From IMG/VR virus record IMGVR_UViG_3300042695_002264, positions 106,519-170,518 of that record: a DNA stretch of 64,000 bases; one strand, given 5' to 3'. The translations under genes were made by a program, and so were the position numbers. Origin of the DNA: a virus. Under the pieces are notes generated by a model. That model ran no database searches. It worked only from the letters and a program-made list of their open reading frames with translations, and was not told the DNA's origin. This document shows, one piece after another, positions 48,638 through 59,300 of this stretch; position 1 is the first letter of the stretch; every line of letters begins with the position of its first letter.

Positions 48638-49834
48638 ATGCCAACAAATTTTCAACAGTCAAAAGATGTTCTTCACCCATTAGCGTTTGAATTTATAAAT
48701 AAATGTAAAAATTTAAATGCCCAGCTCGATGCATCCGAAATAAATGCAATTGATTTTTTAACAAGGCAACTTTTACAAAACAATCTTTGGGATAAATTCA
48801 AAGCAATATACCCATTTGTTGGAAAAAGCTCACAAACACATTCTTTAAATTTAAAAAATTTACAGAGGCATACTATAGTGTGGTATAATCAAAATGATTT
48901 AAAACACGATAAATTTGGAGTTACAAATAGCAATATTGGATATGGCAACACTATGGTTGCCCCAAGCTGGTTTAGTGATAATGATATACATATATCAGTA
49001 TATAACTCGACGTATTGGCAAAACACAAATGATACCGCTCCAATAATAGGATCTTCACCCGCAAGTGACCCGACTAAGGGATGGATGCATACAATTTACT
49101 TAAGGTCATTAGCTCCTATTTTAAATTCACAAATAAATACATTATGGGACAGGGCACCAATCTTCACCTATTCCTGTGGTTATTCATCCAATTCATCAGT
49201 GAGATTTGCAGGAACAGATGGTTCAGAGTTTCAACATGTAGAAACGTATGGTTTTATTGTTGGTGTAAATGGCATAAAATGCTATGTGAATGGAAATTTA
49301 TATGGAAGACAGGGGGTAATTAACGATGTCTCAACGCAACCAATAAATCAAGTATCAACCAGAACTGTAAATGGAAATACCGCTCAAATACCAAACATAT
49401 CTCAATTTCCATTCTTGTTATTCACAAATGGCAGATTCACGTCTACTAATGGACAAGCAAGGGCAAATATAAGATTTGCAAGTATTGGATATGAATTAAC
49501 AGATCAAGAGAATAAAGTTTTATATAATATTATTCAAGAGTTCCAAAAAATACTTGGAAGAAGTGTTGAGCCAATAATATTAAAAACATTCCAGCAAAAT
49601 CTTATAGACCAATATTTAACATTAAATATTAAAATAAATAAAATTTTTATACAACCAACAAAGCCATATCGTGAATATTTAAATATTGAAATGCCACCAA
49701 AACAACAAAAGAAAATAAATGCGCTTTCAGCAAGCGTAGATATTTCAAGAATCGAAGTTTTCGGCCCAGTGCGGGTATTTTGCGCAGATACTTCAAAAAC
49801 AACCGTATCAATACAGTCTTTAGTAGAATTATAA
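48638..49834 (+). CDS. Virion protein, 'LWxKFxAxYPFVG' family
   Basis: Shares NLW.KF.A.YPFVG, H(I/L)S.Y and ANI.FASIGY.L with 52987-53853 and the ends of 56379-60164. Confidence 0.55.
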   Translation: MPTNFQQSKDVLHPLAFEFINKCKNLNAQLDASEINAIDFLTRQLLQNNLWDKFKAIYPFVGKSSQTHSLNLKNLQRHTIVWYNQNDLKHDKFGVTNSNIGYGNTMVAPSWFSDNDIHISVYNSTYWQNTNDTAPIIGSSPASDPTKGWMHTIYLRSLAPILNSQINTLWDRAPIFTYSCGYSSNSSVRFAGTDGSEFQHVETYGFIVGVNGIKCYVNGNLYGRQGVINDVSTQPINQVSTRTVNGNTAQIPNISQFPFLLFTNGRFTSTNGQARANIRFASIGYELTDQENKVLYNIIQEFQKILGRSVEPIILKTFQQNLIDQYLTLNIKINKIFIQPTKPYREYLNIEMPPKQQKKINALSASVDISRIEVFGPVRVFCADTSKTTVSIQSLVEL

Positions 49835-50953
49835 ATGAATATTTTAGTCAAACAATTTCAAGAATTTTATAAAGAACCACAAACCAAAGTGTGTGGAAAA
49901 TGGAATATTTCTATTTTAGATAGAAACGGTAACGAATCTTTTCCATTTGGAAAAGAAATGAAAAAAAATCTGATATTAAATCAAGGCTTAGATCTGTTAA
50001 TTGCTGGCAAATATTATGGCGAATATTCAATTTTTAACTGGAATACAATACCATCATTTTTAATTGGTGGCGCTGTATATGGAAACGGATTGCTGCCAGC
50101 AAATGAATCTGACATATCATTAACAAATGAAATTGCAGAAACTTCTATAATTAATGATGATTCTTGTAGCATTACAGATAATTATACGAACGGAACGCGC
50201 ACGTACAGAAAGGTATATGACTTTCCAACAATAGAGATTGGAGATCCGAATACTCAAATTAGTGAAGTTGGCCTATTTTCAAACTGGCGAAATAATAAAA
50301 CTCTTTTTTCAAAATTTCTTTTACCAAGAGTTTTGCGGCTAGATTATGGGCAATGGATTAGATTATTTTATGATTTTACAATTGGTTCGGATATGATTGT
50401 AACCCCAAATAATATTAATTTATCGTCAGGCAGTTTTAACGCGTCTGGTTTAATGAAATTATGCGGAAGATTTGATGATATATTTGGCAGTTTTGATGCG
50501 AATGGGAACCCTGTAATTGTTTTCGGAGATTCTCCTCGTGCTTCTTTTATACCATTTTATGAAAATTTTTGCGCCGAGATATCCACATGTCAAACAGAAT
50601 GTTTTGGAACCGCATATTTGTTAGCGCCAGGGATAAGCAACTTTAACGATACAAACACAAAAATCATATCCGAATGGATTGGCAATAGATTAGAAAAAAA
50701 TTTAAATACAATAAATCCATCAGAATATATAGATGGAAATTTTTATAGAGATATTGAATATATATTTGATTATAATAATCCAATTTATAATGAATTAACT
50801 GAAGGAATATTATTTACAGTCCTTCGTGGTTCTGATACTAGCCCAAGACAAAACACAATTGATGGGTGGTTGTGGAAATTTAATAATGGTCAAATTAAAC
50901 AATCATCAAAAAAAATTGTAATAGGATTAAGACAATCTATAAATAGAATATAA
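49835..50953 (+). CDS. Virion/fibre protein, paralog family B
   Basis: GKWNI..NLIL, KVYDF, SKF, RLFY, G.MKL.G shared with 50954 and 60232. Confidence 0.55.
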   Translation: MNILVKQFQEFYKEPQTKVCGKWNISILDRNGNESFPFGKEMKKNLILNQGLDLLIAGKYYGEYSIFNWNTIPSFLIGGAVYGNGLLPANESDISLTNEIAETSIINDDSCSITDNYTNGTRTYRKVYDFPTIEIGDPNTQISEVGLFSNWRNNKTLFSKFLLPRVLRLDYGQWIRLFYDFTIGSDMIVTPNNINLSSGSFNASGLMKLCGRFDDIFGSFDANGNPVIVFGDSPRASFIPFYENFCAEISTCQTECFGTAYLLAPGISNFNDTNTKIISEWIGNRLEKNLNTINPSEYIDGNFYRDIEYIFDYNNPIYNELTEGILFTVLRGSDTSPRQNTIDGWLWKFNNGQIKQSSKKIVIGLRQSINRI

Positions 50954-52990
50954 ATGAATACCGCGAATATAAATACATATTTTGGTGCAAAGTGGAATAT
51001 CGAAGTATGTAAGTCTGGTGAAAATGGTATAGAATCTTATTTTCCATTAGGTGAAAAACTTAAAAATAATATGATTCTAGATCATTGGCTAGAATCACTT
51101 ATTTATTTATATTCTCCTTCTGGTGGGGCAGTAAAGGCATATTGCGATAATGGGCTATCATTGGCAGGAATAACAAGAGGAGCAATGCATATAGGTGCAG
51201 GTTCCATCCCGCCAAACTATCAACAAACTGGATTACAAATTCCATTAAAATCAACTTCATATATAAGGCCATTTTTTAATCAATGCACGGGCATTTATTA
51301 TCCAGAATCAGGCATGGCCGTTATTAGTAAAAATTACGACTTTGGTATTGAAAATAATATAGTAACTTATTCAGAAGCTGGATTTCGGCCTGGCATTGCT
51401 GATGCGTTACCTACCGGAAAAAGAAATTGGCTATGGTCAAGATTTGTATTTACTAAAGAGACTGGAGTTTCTGGATATATATATGCAAACAGCGGAAGTA
51501 TGGGAATTACTGGAATGGATCTTAGCGGTGTATTTGTAGATAATAATCAGTATGATTTAAGAAAACCAACGGATCCACTTTATAATGGACTTAGTGGATT
51601 GCCATCATTTGAATTGGGATGGAGATATAACTGGCCAGAAAATTCTGGTATGTTTTTAATTGATCAAAGCGGCAGCACTACAGGTTTTGTTTATAACCCT
51701 AAAAATATTACAGAGCTAGTAACTGGATTTATAAGTGGATATTTAAGTGGCGGAAATTTTTATCCATTTACATTATCATCTTATCCAGCAGAATCAAGTG
51801 GACTTAGTGGAATTTATTTGCAAGATGGGATAACAAATACTTTATATTTTTCATCTGGTGGATTTAATGAATTTTCTGGATTCACTGGAAAATATTTTAA
51901 TACGAGTAGTGGATTTCAATACACTGGATTCGATCAAGGCTATTCTTTATACGGTAGTGGTTTTTATCCAACTAGCGGGATATTAACTGGTAGCATGACA
52001 GGAATTATTGGCTCAAGAAACGTACTAAAACTTGACGGGTATATTACAGGAACTATTGGATTTAAAAATATTACAAACCCAATAACTTTAAGCACAGGAG
52101 AATTTTTAAAATTAAGATATGATGTTTATATGCAGATACCTGCAATAGTTAACCCAATTTTAGTTACCGGCGACGATATAACTCATGGAGAATTTAACGG
52201 AAGCGGTCAATTAAAACTAATAGGCAAACAAACAAGCATGTTTGGCACAATCGATGGGGATGGAAAAGTTACCCCAGGTATTGGAATTTGGTGGCCACTT
52301 CATAGAACAAACTATTCAAAATATAGCCGAAGCCAATGGGATAATCTGGCGGAACCAAATGCTCACTTATCTGCATTAATGGTAGCAAGTGGAGTTAGCG
52401 GTGGTGGGGTAAATTTTAATGACTCTTTTCCAGAAACAAACACAACCTCTCCAATTGTTAGCGCGCAGCTTGATGATGAAATACGTTTTTGTGATACTCT
52501 TGAGCCAAAAATTGGAGACTGTGGAACCGGACTAAATAAACGATCTTATTTTGAAAAACGATACTATTCAAGCAAAGGATTAATGCAAAGCCCTTCATGG
52601 CCACTATACTCACATTCTGGTGTGCGCGTGTACAATTATATAGCGCATAACCGTCCATCTGCAATATGGCCAAAAAGCATAGATATTCAAATGATTTTTC
52701 CTGGACCTTATCCAAATCAAGATACTGGAATTAATGGTTTTTCTATATGTGGCGCATCAGAAGGAACGGTTTGCGGTGGAAGAACCATTGCGGATGGTCA
52801 AGGAAACGCATATAGACCCGAGCAATACATTAAGCCTACTTTATACGAAAATACAGGGGCGTATCTTGATTGCGGATTAACACTTCCATACTCTGCGTGG
52901 TATTATAAATTCAACAATCCACAAATGAAATATGAAGATCAAATAATTAATTTATATTTAACATTTTCTTTGGATAGAATAACTGTATGA
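50954..52990 (+). CDS. Virion/fibre protein, family B with SG-rich insert
   Basis: Family B motifs interrupted at about 51460-52070 by an SG/TG-rich module. Confidence 0.55.
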   Translation: MNTANINTYFGAKWNIEVCKSGENGIESYFPLGEKLKNNMILDHWLESLIYLYSPSGGAVKAYCDNGLSLAGITRGAMHIGAGSIPPNYQQTGLQIPLKSTSYIRPFFNQCTGIYYPESGMAVISKNYDFGIENNIVTYSEAGFRPGIADALPTGKRNWLWSRFVFTKETGVSGYIYANSGSMGITGMDLSGVFVDNNQYDLRKPTDPLYNGLSGLPSFELGWRYNWPENSGMFLIDQSGSTTGFVYNPKNITELVTGFISGYLSGGNFYPFTLSSYPAESSGLSGIYLQDGITNTLYFSSGGFNEFSGFTGKYFNTSSGFQYTGFDQGYSLYGSGFYPTSGILTGSMTGIIGSRNVLKLDGYITGTIGFKNITNPITLSTGEFLKLRYDVYMQIPAIVNPILVTGDDITHGEFNGSGQLKLIGKQTSMFGTIDGDGKVTPGIGIWWPLHRTNYSKYSRSQWDNLAEPNAHLSALMVASGVSGGGVNFNDSFPETNTTSPIVSAQLDDEIRFCDTLEPKIGDCGTGLNKRSYFEKRYYSSKGLMQSPSWPLYSHSGVRVYNYIAHNRPSAIWPKSIDIQMIFPGPYPNQDTGINGFSICGASEGTVCGGRTIADGQGNAYRPEQYIKPTLYENTGAYLDCGLTLPYSAWYYKFNNPQMKYEDQIINLYLTFSLDRITV

Positions 52991-53853
52991 TTATAGCCAA
53001 TCAAAGATCTTCTGAAAAGCATAAATTCATACTTGTAGCCAATCAGTATTTTTCGCTAATTAATAAGCCACGAAACCTTCCAACTTACCAAATAGGGGCA
53101 ATAACAGAATTGATAAACGCACTGTACGAATCAAATTTATGGGAAAAATTTGTTGCAGTATATCCATTCGTTGGCGATGGTAGTTCTGAAAAAAACAGTT
53201 TAAATTTAATAGATCCATATAAATATAAAATTAGCTGGAGCGGATCTATTATATTTAATAAATTTGGTATTAATGGAAATGGTGGGATAGGATTGACAGG
53301 AATTAAATTGGTTGATTTAAGCGATTTTACAAACGTTCATTTAAGCGCGTATACGCGCACAGCAATAACCAATACTATTGGGCGAGGAAGACTTATTGGG
53401 GCAAATACACAAAATAGACTTGTTGCCATAAGAGACGTTGGCGCGCTAGAAATAAATTATAATAAAGAAAATGGTATAGTTGGATTTGTTTATAATGTGC
53501 TAAACAATAGCGGTGGATTTGGTATGATTTATGAAAATATGTTAAATAATTCAATTTCTGGAAATGGCTTTTTAATAGCAAATAACAACAATAAAGAAAA
53601 AAAATACGCAAAATGTTATCTCAATGGTTCTATTTTTGGAGAGCAATTTCCATTACTTCCAACAGAAATACACACAGCAAACCAGAGAACGTTAACAATA
53701 TTTGGAGATGGGTATGAAAACCTAAACACATCACCACTACGAGCCAATATTGCATTTGCCAGTATTGGATACGGTCTTTCAGATAATGATATATTTAATT
53801 TTAATAAAATAGTACAATCTTTTCAGGTGGCAATGGATAGATCAGTAATGTAA
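52987..53853 (+). CDS. Virion protein, 'LWxKFxAxYPFVG' family
   Basis: Paralog of 48638-49834. Confidence 0.55.
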   Translation: MIIANQRSSEKHKFILVANQYFSLINKPRNLPTYQIGAITELINALYESNLWEKFVAVYPFVGDGSSEKNSLNLIDPYKYKISWSGSIIFNKFGINGNGGIGLTGIKLVDLSDFTNVHLSAYTRTAITNTIGRGRLIGANTQNRLVAIRDVGALEINYNKENGIVGFVYNVLNNSGGFGMIYENMLNNSISGNGFLIANNNNKEKKYAKCYLNGSIFGEQFPLLPTEIHTANQRTLTIFGDGYENLNTSPLRANIAFASIGYGLSDNDIFNFNKIVQSFQVAMDRSVM

Positions 53854-53861
53854 TAAAAATA

Positions 53862-56372
53862 ATGGCAAGCGTTTTTTCAATTGAGAGTATCAACCTAAAT
53901 GGCGATATATTAACCGCAAATAATGGCAGTTTATATATTAACAATAATTTAGTAAAAAATACATCTGGAATACAACTTTCAGATAGATTTTTTATAAAAG
54001 GCTATGCTCCGATATCATTTTACTCCAAATGGCCACAGCAAGGAGATTATTTAAATGAAACGTATTTGAATGATTTTTTTATGGCTACTGGAATGCTTGT
54101 AACATGCAGCCAGCCAAGTACCGGAAATCAAATATTTTGGGGTGGATTTTATCAACGCCCAGCATCATCATCAATAGATACAACTGTATTTGCAAACTTT
54201 GAATTACAACCAAAGCAAATCATACAGCATAACCCTATAAATTATAAAATTGAACGTGACAGAATTATAGGGCTAAATATATATAATGCACCCGAAGATA
54301 TGCGCTCTATCTCAATTCATTTGTTGGGATATTTTCCAGCAGCAGCTCATTTTGATAGGATGCCTAAGCAAATTAATTTTTATGCAAAAAATGCTCCTAT
54401 CTATGGAGACAGTATTCATGAAGAATATTCTCAATGGGATTCGCTATATACTGGTGTTGGAATATACTGCTCAACGACTGGAATTGACAAATTAACATAC
54501 ACCCAACTAATAACTGGATATATTAGTGGCGTAGCTCAAAATGAACCATTATATGTATTATCTAAAAGTTTAGCAAAACAAAAATGCGACCCATGCGATC
54601 CAGATATGGATTTTTCATCATGGAGTGGTTATTATTTAAATGAAAATAAAATAAATTTTCCAACAGGAAATAATTTTTCTGGACTATCTGGGCAAAATGG
54701 ATTTTCCAACACTTCTGGCTTTTCATATACAGGATTTCAAATATTAAACAATCAAACAATATTAAATGGAATATATAGCGGCTACGGAGATTCACTATTT
54801 GGATCTGGGGAAATGTTGCAAAGTATAGGATGGAGAAGTGGGGCTTTTATAGAGCCAATATCTGGATTTGTAAGCGGCTATACTGATCAATACGGCACAT
54901 TCAAACGCCTTTCCATTATTACCACTGGAGTTTCCGGCTCTGGGATAGATACTGGAATATTTAGGCTAGACTTAACTGGGTTTGTAATTGGATCAAGTGG
55001 TTACTTTATTAATGGTAAAAAATATTTTTTTCCATCAGATAGGCCAATTTCTTATAATATAGTTGGTTTCATGAGTGGCTATATGGATTCTATCGGTCGA
55101 TTTTCAGGTTTTCAAAATCTAAATATCATATCAGGATCAAGTGGATATTTTATAAATACACCATCCGATTATGTGCAAGTATTTTTTCCTACTGGAAACT
55201 CTTTCAATAACTTTATTGGTATGTATGGAATTTATACTGGTAGCGGATACTCATCATATCATACTGGATTTTCATTTCCTCTTGGAAGTGGATTTTCTGG
55301 AATTGACGGGCTGACATCGAATACTTATGGCATTATGACTGGCATAATTGGAGCAGCAAACATTTTCATTCCATTTTCTGGATTTTCTGGACGACCAAAT
55401 GTTGATATTGGTTTGGGCTTTGATTATAGCGGATTGCGAGGAGATTTATACAAGACTTCATTTTCTGGACAAAGCTATGATGGTTTTGGATATACTGGTC
55501 AATTAATTTCTATATTTGGAAAAAGAAATGTTTCTGGGAGGCAAGACATAACTGGCTTTGTTAGAACTGATGCAAAAATAAATTTTATACCCACAGCATC
55601 TTCACCAACAGTTTCTGGCATAAGTGGATACTATTTGGACAATAATATATATAGATTTCCAATAGGCCCATTCTATCCGCCATATTATGAATTTCCAAAA
55701 TTTGATGATAACCCTGCATTTACAAAGTACGGAAATAGTTATAGTGGATTCTATCCATTTGAAAGCGGGTTCAGCGGTTTTGGAGTTACTGGAATTAGAA
55801 AAGAATATATAATTGGGTTTATAAGTGGATACAAGGATGTATTTGAACAATTTTTCCAATTTACAGGACCAAGTGGCAGTAGCGGATTTATAACTGGAAG
55901 TCAAAAATTTTTCTTTCCATCCGGTTCGCAATTTTCTGGATTTTCTGGATTTTCTGGATTTGATAATAATTTAGGATTTTTATATTCAGGCTTTAGCTCA
56001 AATCCTTATAGAAATGAAAATTTTATTGGAGATATTTATTCCACATCTGGATCTGGAATAATCACTGGAATTGTTGGTTGGAGAAATGTTGAGTTTGTTA
56101 CAAAAGAATATGGTACTGGAATAATGACAGGCTTTATTGGTAGTAGAAATGCCCCATACTCTGGCATATTGACTGGAAATTTTTACCATAAAGATAAATT
56201 TAGCAATAAAATAATTGGACCAAAATTTGGTTTAAATACTGGACAATTATATAATGAATCATTTGGTATTGGATTTAAAGTTCCTTATGGAAATAGGGTA
56301 GGAATTGATTTGTACAATCCACTATCTGGAATATCAGACATAAATATAACTATGTTTGGTTACTATGAATAA
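53862..56372 (+). CDS. Fibre-like protein with large nested SG-rich insert
   Basis: Two domains similar to those of 37672-39111; the second is split by a ~550-aa repeat insert; TGTAAT 7 nt before ATG. Confidence 0.6.
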   Translation: MASVFSIESINLNGDILTANNGSLYINNNLVKNTSGIQLSDRFFIKGYAPISFYSKWPQQGDYLNETYLNDFFMATGMLVTCSQPSTGNQIFWGGFYQRPASSSIDTTVFANFELQPKQIIQHNPINYKIERDRIIGLNIYNAPEDMRSISIHLLGYFPAAAHFDRMPKQINFYAKNAPIYGDSIHEEYSQWDSLYTGVGIYCSTTGIDKLTYTQLITGYISGVAQNEPLYVLSKSLAKQKCDPCDPDMDFSSWSGYYLNENKINFPTGNNFSGLSGQNGFSNTSGFSYTGFQILNNQTILNGIYSGYGDSLFGSGEMLQSIGWRSGAFIEPISGFVSGYTDQYGTFKRLSIITTGVSGSGIDTGIFRLDLTGFVIGSSGYFINGKKYFFPSDRPISYNIVGFMSGYMDSIGRFSGFQNLNIISGSSGYFINTPSDYVQVFFPTGNSFNNFIGMYGIYTGSGYSSYHTGFSFPLGSGFSGIDGLTSNTYGIMTGIIGAANIFIPFSGFSGRPNVDIGLGFDYSGLRGDLYKTSFSGQSYDGFGYTGQLISIFGKRNVSGRQDITGFVRTDAKINFIPTASSPTVSGISGYYLDNNIYRFPIGPFYPPYYEFPKFDDNPAFTKYGNSYSGFYPFESGFSGFGVTGIRKEYIIGFISGYKDVFEQFFQFTGPSGSSGFITGSQKFFFPSGSQFSGFSGFSGFDNNLGFLYSGFSSNPYRNENFIGDIYSTSGSGIITGIVGWRNVEFVTKEYGTGIMTGFIGSRNAPYSGILTGNFYHKDKFSNKIIGPKFGLNTGQLYNESFGIGFKVPYGNRVGIDLYNPLSGISDINITMFGYYE
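55932..55958 (+). repeat. (TTTTCTGGA)x3 tandem repeat encoding FSGFSGFSG
   Basis: Read directly; degenerate copy near 58965. Confidence 0.8.
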
Positions 56373-56378
56373 TATGTT

Positions 56379-59300
56379 ATGCTATTTGAAGACATAAAGC
56401 ATCCACTTGTTAGCGATTTTTTAACTAGAATCAGTGGGTCTGGCTATACATATTTAAATACTGAGTCTTCTAGTAGAATAAATGATTTTGTTAAATATTT
56501 GGGATCCATCACTGCAGATAATGGTGACGATTTTGCTTTTTATCCCCTAAGGCAAGCGCAAAATATAGGAATAGGAAATCAGATATTTGGCATTGGATAT
56601 ATGGCATCTGGCACAAATATTGTTTTTCCCCAAAATATAAACTGGACAGAGTCTGGCATTTTACTAAATAGCATTAAAAATTGTGGTATTTTAAATTTTT
56701 CTGGCAAATTAAAAGATTCAAAATTTCAATTTAGAAAAAATGAAACTTCTATCTTTTATTTTTTAAAACATAATAGGCCTAAATATGAAACATCGTTATA
56801 TAGGGATGGACAAGTATGTCCATATTTTTGGTTCGATGATTCCTTAGATAATTTTGGCGTAATTGCTCCAGAATTTTCTACCAGCGATTTTAGAACAACC
56901 GGGACAACATACCTTTATGACGAAATATATGGTGGAGATAAAAAGGGCTACCAGATTGATTTTTCATCAGATGATCCAACAAAATATAATGTGTTTAATT
57001 CTAATACTGGAAGGGCGATAGGCACTGGTATAGCTCCATATGTACCACCAGCAGTTTCATTTTATGAAATGGACAATAATGAAAATAAATTTGTATGTAT
57101 TAACGCAGTAATACGAGAAAGCCAATATTCTATTAGATCATTTTTTGGCCGCGATTATAGAAGTTTAACTGGAAATTTTCCAAATCCATATCAATCTATT
57201 GAAGTTACTGATCCAAAAACTCAAGAAGTTTATATTGATAATTTTTTTCCAAGAAGAATGGTAATTGGCGCTGGCGTAAGAAACAAAAGCGCAGCTGGCT
57301 ATGATTTGGATGGCACAGATCATATATGTGCTGGAATTTTAATATTAAGAGGCGACTATAGCAATAAATCAAAAGATATTGCCGAAAATATGGCTGAGGC
57401 TATTGGTATAAAAATTCGCCCTCCTAAAAATTTGGATACAACATTTGCTTTTGGAAATATATTAAATGATAGATTTGCCTGTAGCGGATATATAGCATCA
57501 ATCAATTATTATGATTATACAAGTCCAGTTTTATACAAAACATATAGCGACTATTATGATATTGTAAACTTTACAGCTTCAATATACAGCGGATCATACA
57601 TTGACTATGGCCAATGGACATATAATGTGGTCAATAGCGTTACTGGAGAATTAAGATCGCCACAAATCGGTGATACAATTAATAATGATAGCAATATAAC
57701 TGGAATAGTAAATTTAATTGGCTTCCAAAATGGCATAACAGCTCCGTTTGGTGCATTTTATAATCAAGGAGTAATAGGTTTTGTTAGTGGATATGCTACA
57801 AAAATAAATAACGAATTTATCTTTAACAGATTCACAGAGCAGACAGAAAGTGGAGCGAGCGGTTTTTATAGATCAAATATCAGCGGTATAGCAACGGGGC
57901 AAATTTTCTTTCCACCAATAAGAAAAATATTTCAAGAATTAATTACTGGATATGTTAGTGGCATTAAAGACTCAGATAGTTTATTTACTCCCTTTGATTC
58001 TAGCTCCAACCTATATTCTAGTGGATATTATTATGGTGATCAAGTATATGCATACCCACAAATTGGCATTATACCGCAAAAAATAACTGGCTATATTAGC
58101 GGATTTTTATCTGAAAACGGAATATTCTCAGAATTTGATAAAAATTATTTGGATAGTTCTAGTGGATATTTTTATAGCGAAAATTCATACGAATTCTTGC
58201 CTAAAAAAACTATTACTAATTCTCCCGTAACAGGATTTTTAGTTGGAATGAAAAGCGGAGATTATTTTTCCGGATACTATCAAAATACACCAACTGACGG
58301 CTTGTACAGTGGATTTTTTATAGATAATGATTTTTCTAACCCAGCAGAAATAGAACCAGTTATTGAAATATATTTTCCAACAGGCTCTGGGTTGTTTTCT
58401 GGATTTAGCGGCATGTCCGGAATAGATGAGCGTCTTGGCTTTAATTTTACAGGATTTTTTCAGAACATATTTGATATAAATGGTGATCCGATTTTGGATG
58501 AGAGCGGAAATGCAATCATACTGTCATTTGATGGAAGTAGTGGATTTATTGATATTGGTGCTGGGCCATTTCCAAACACAAGAACAGCTTCATGCACCGG
58601 AATTATAGGGTCAAAGAATGTTTTAAATTTTTCTGGAAGTTTTGATGGCTTTAATAATATAGAAGTACCAGATATAAATTATGGATCTTCATATAGTGGA
58701 TTTTTCATTGAATCTAGTGGGTTTGTCGGTACAGGAAATTTTGGAAGTGGAATGTTTACAGGATTTATTGGATCTATAAATATACTTGAATACATCAACT
58801 TAACAGGATTTCAAGATAACTTAGATTTTCTTGCCGGAGGATTATTTACAGGATTTTCGTTTCCGCTTGGGTCTGGTTTTAGTGGATTATATGATAATCT
58901 TTCTGGAACTGGAATACAAACAGGATTTATTGGATCAAGATATTATCTTATGGAATCTGGATCTTTTTCTGGATTTTCTGGCTTTTCAGGATTTTCTGAT
59001 GCATTTTTAAATGAAATAAATATTGATTTTTCTTTTCAAAATGGAAGTGGATTTTCTGGACTATATTTTCAAGATTCTGGCTACGGTGTTATCTCTGGAT
59101 TAATTACTACCGGAAAATCTCCATTGCTATTTGGGGATCCATTATATTTCGTTCCTTCTATATTGGCAATATCATATGGTGGCAATTTTACGCAATTCAT
59201 AACTGGTGACTTTATTTTTACTGGCGTTATTCCAGATATTACTGGTATTAGATATTTATCTGGTGCTGTATTTACCTATGCAATTAATACAGGATCATTA

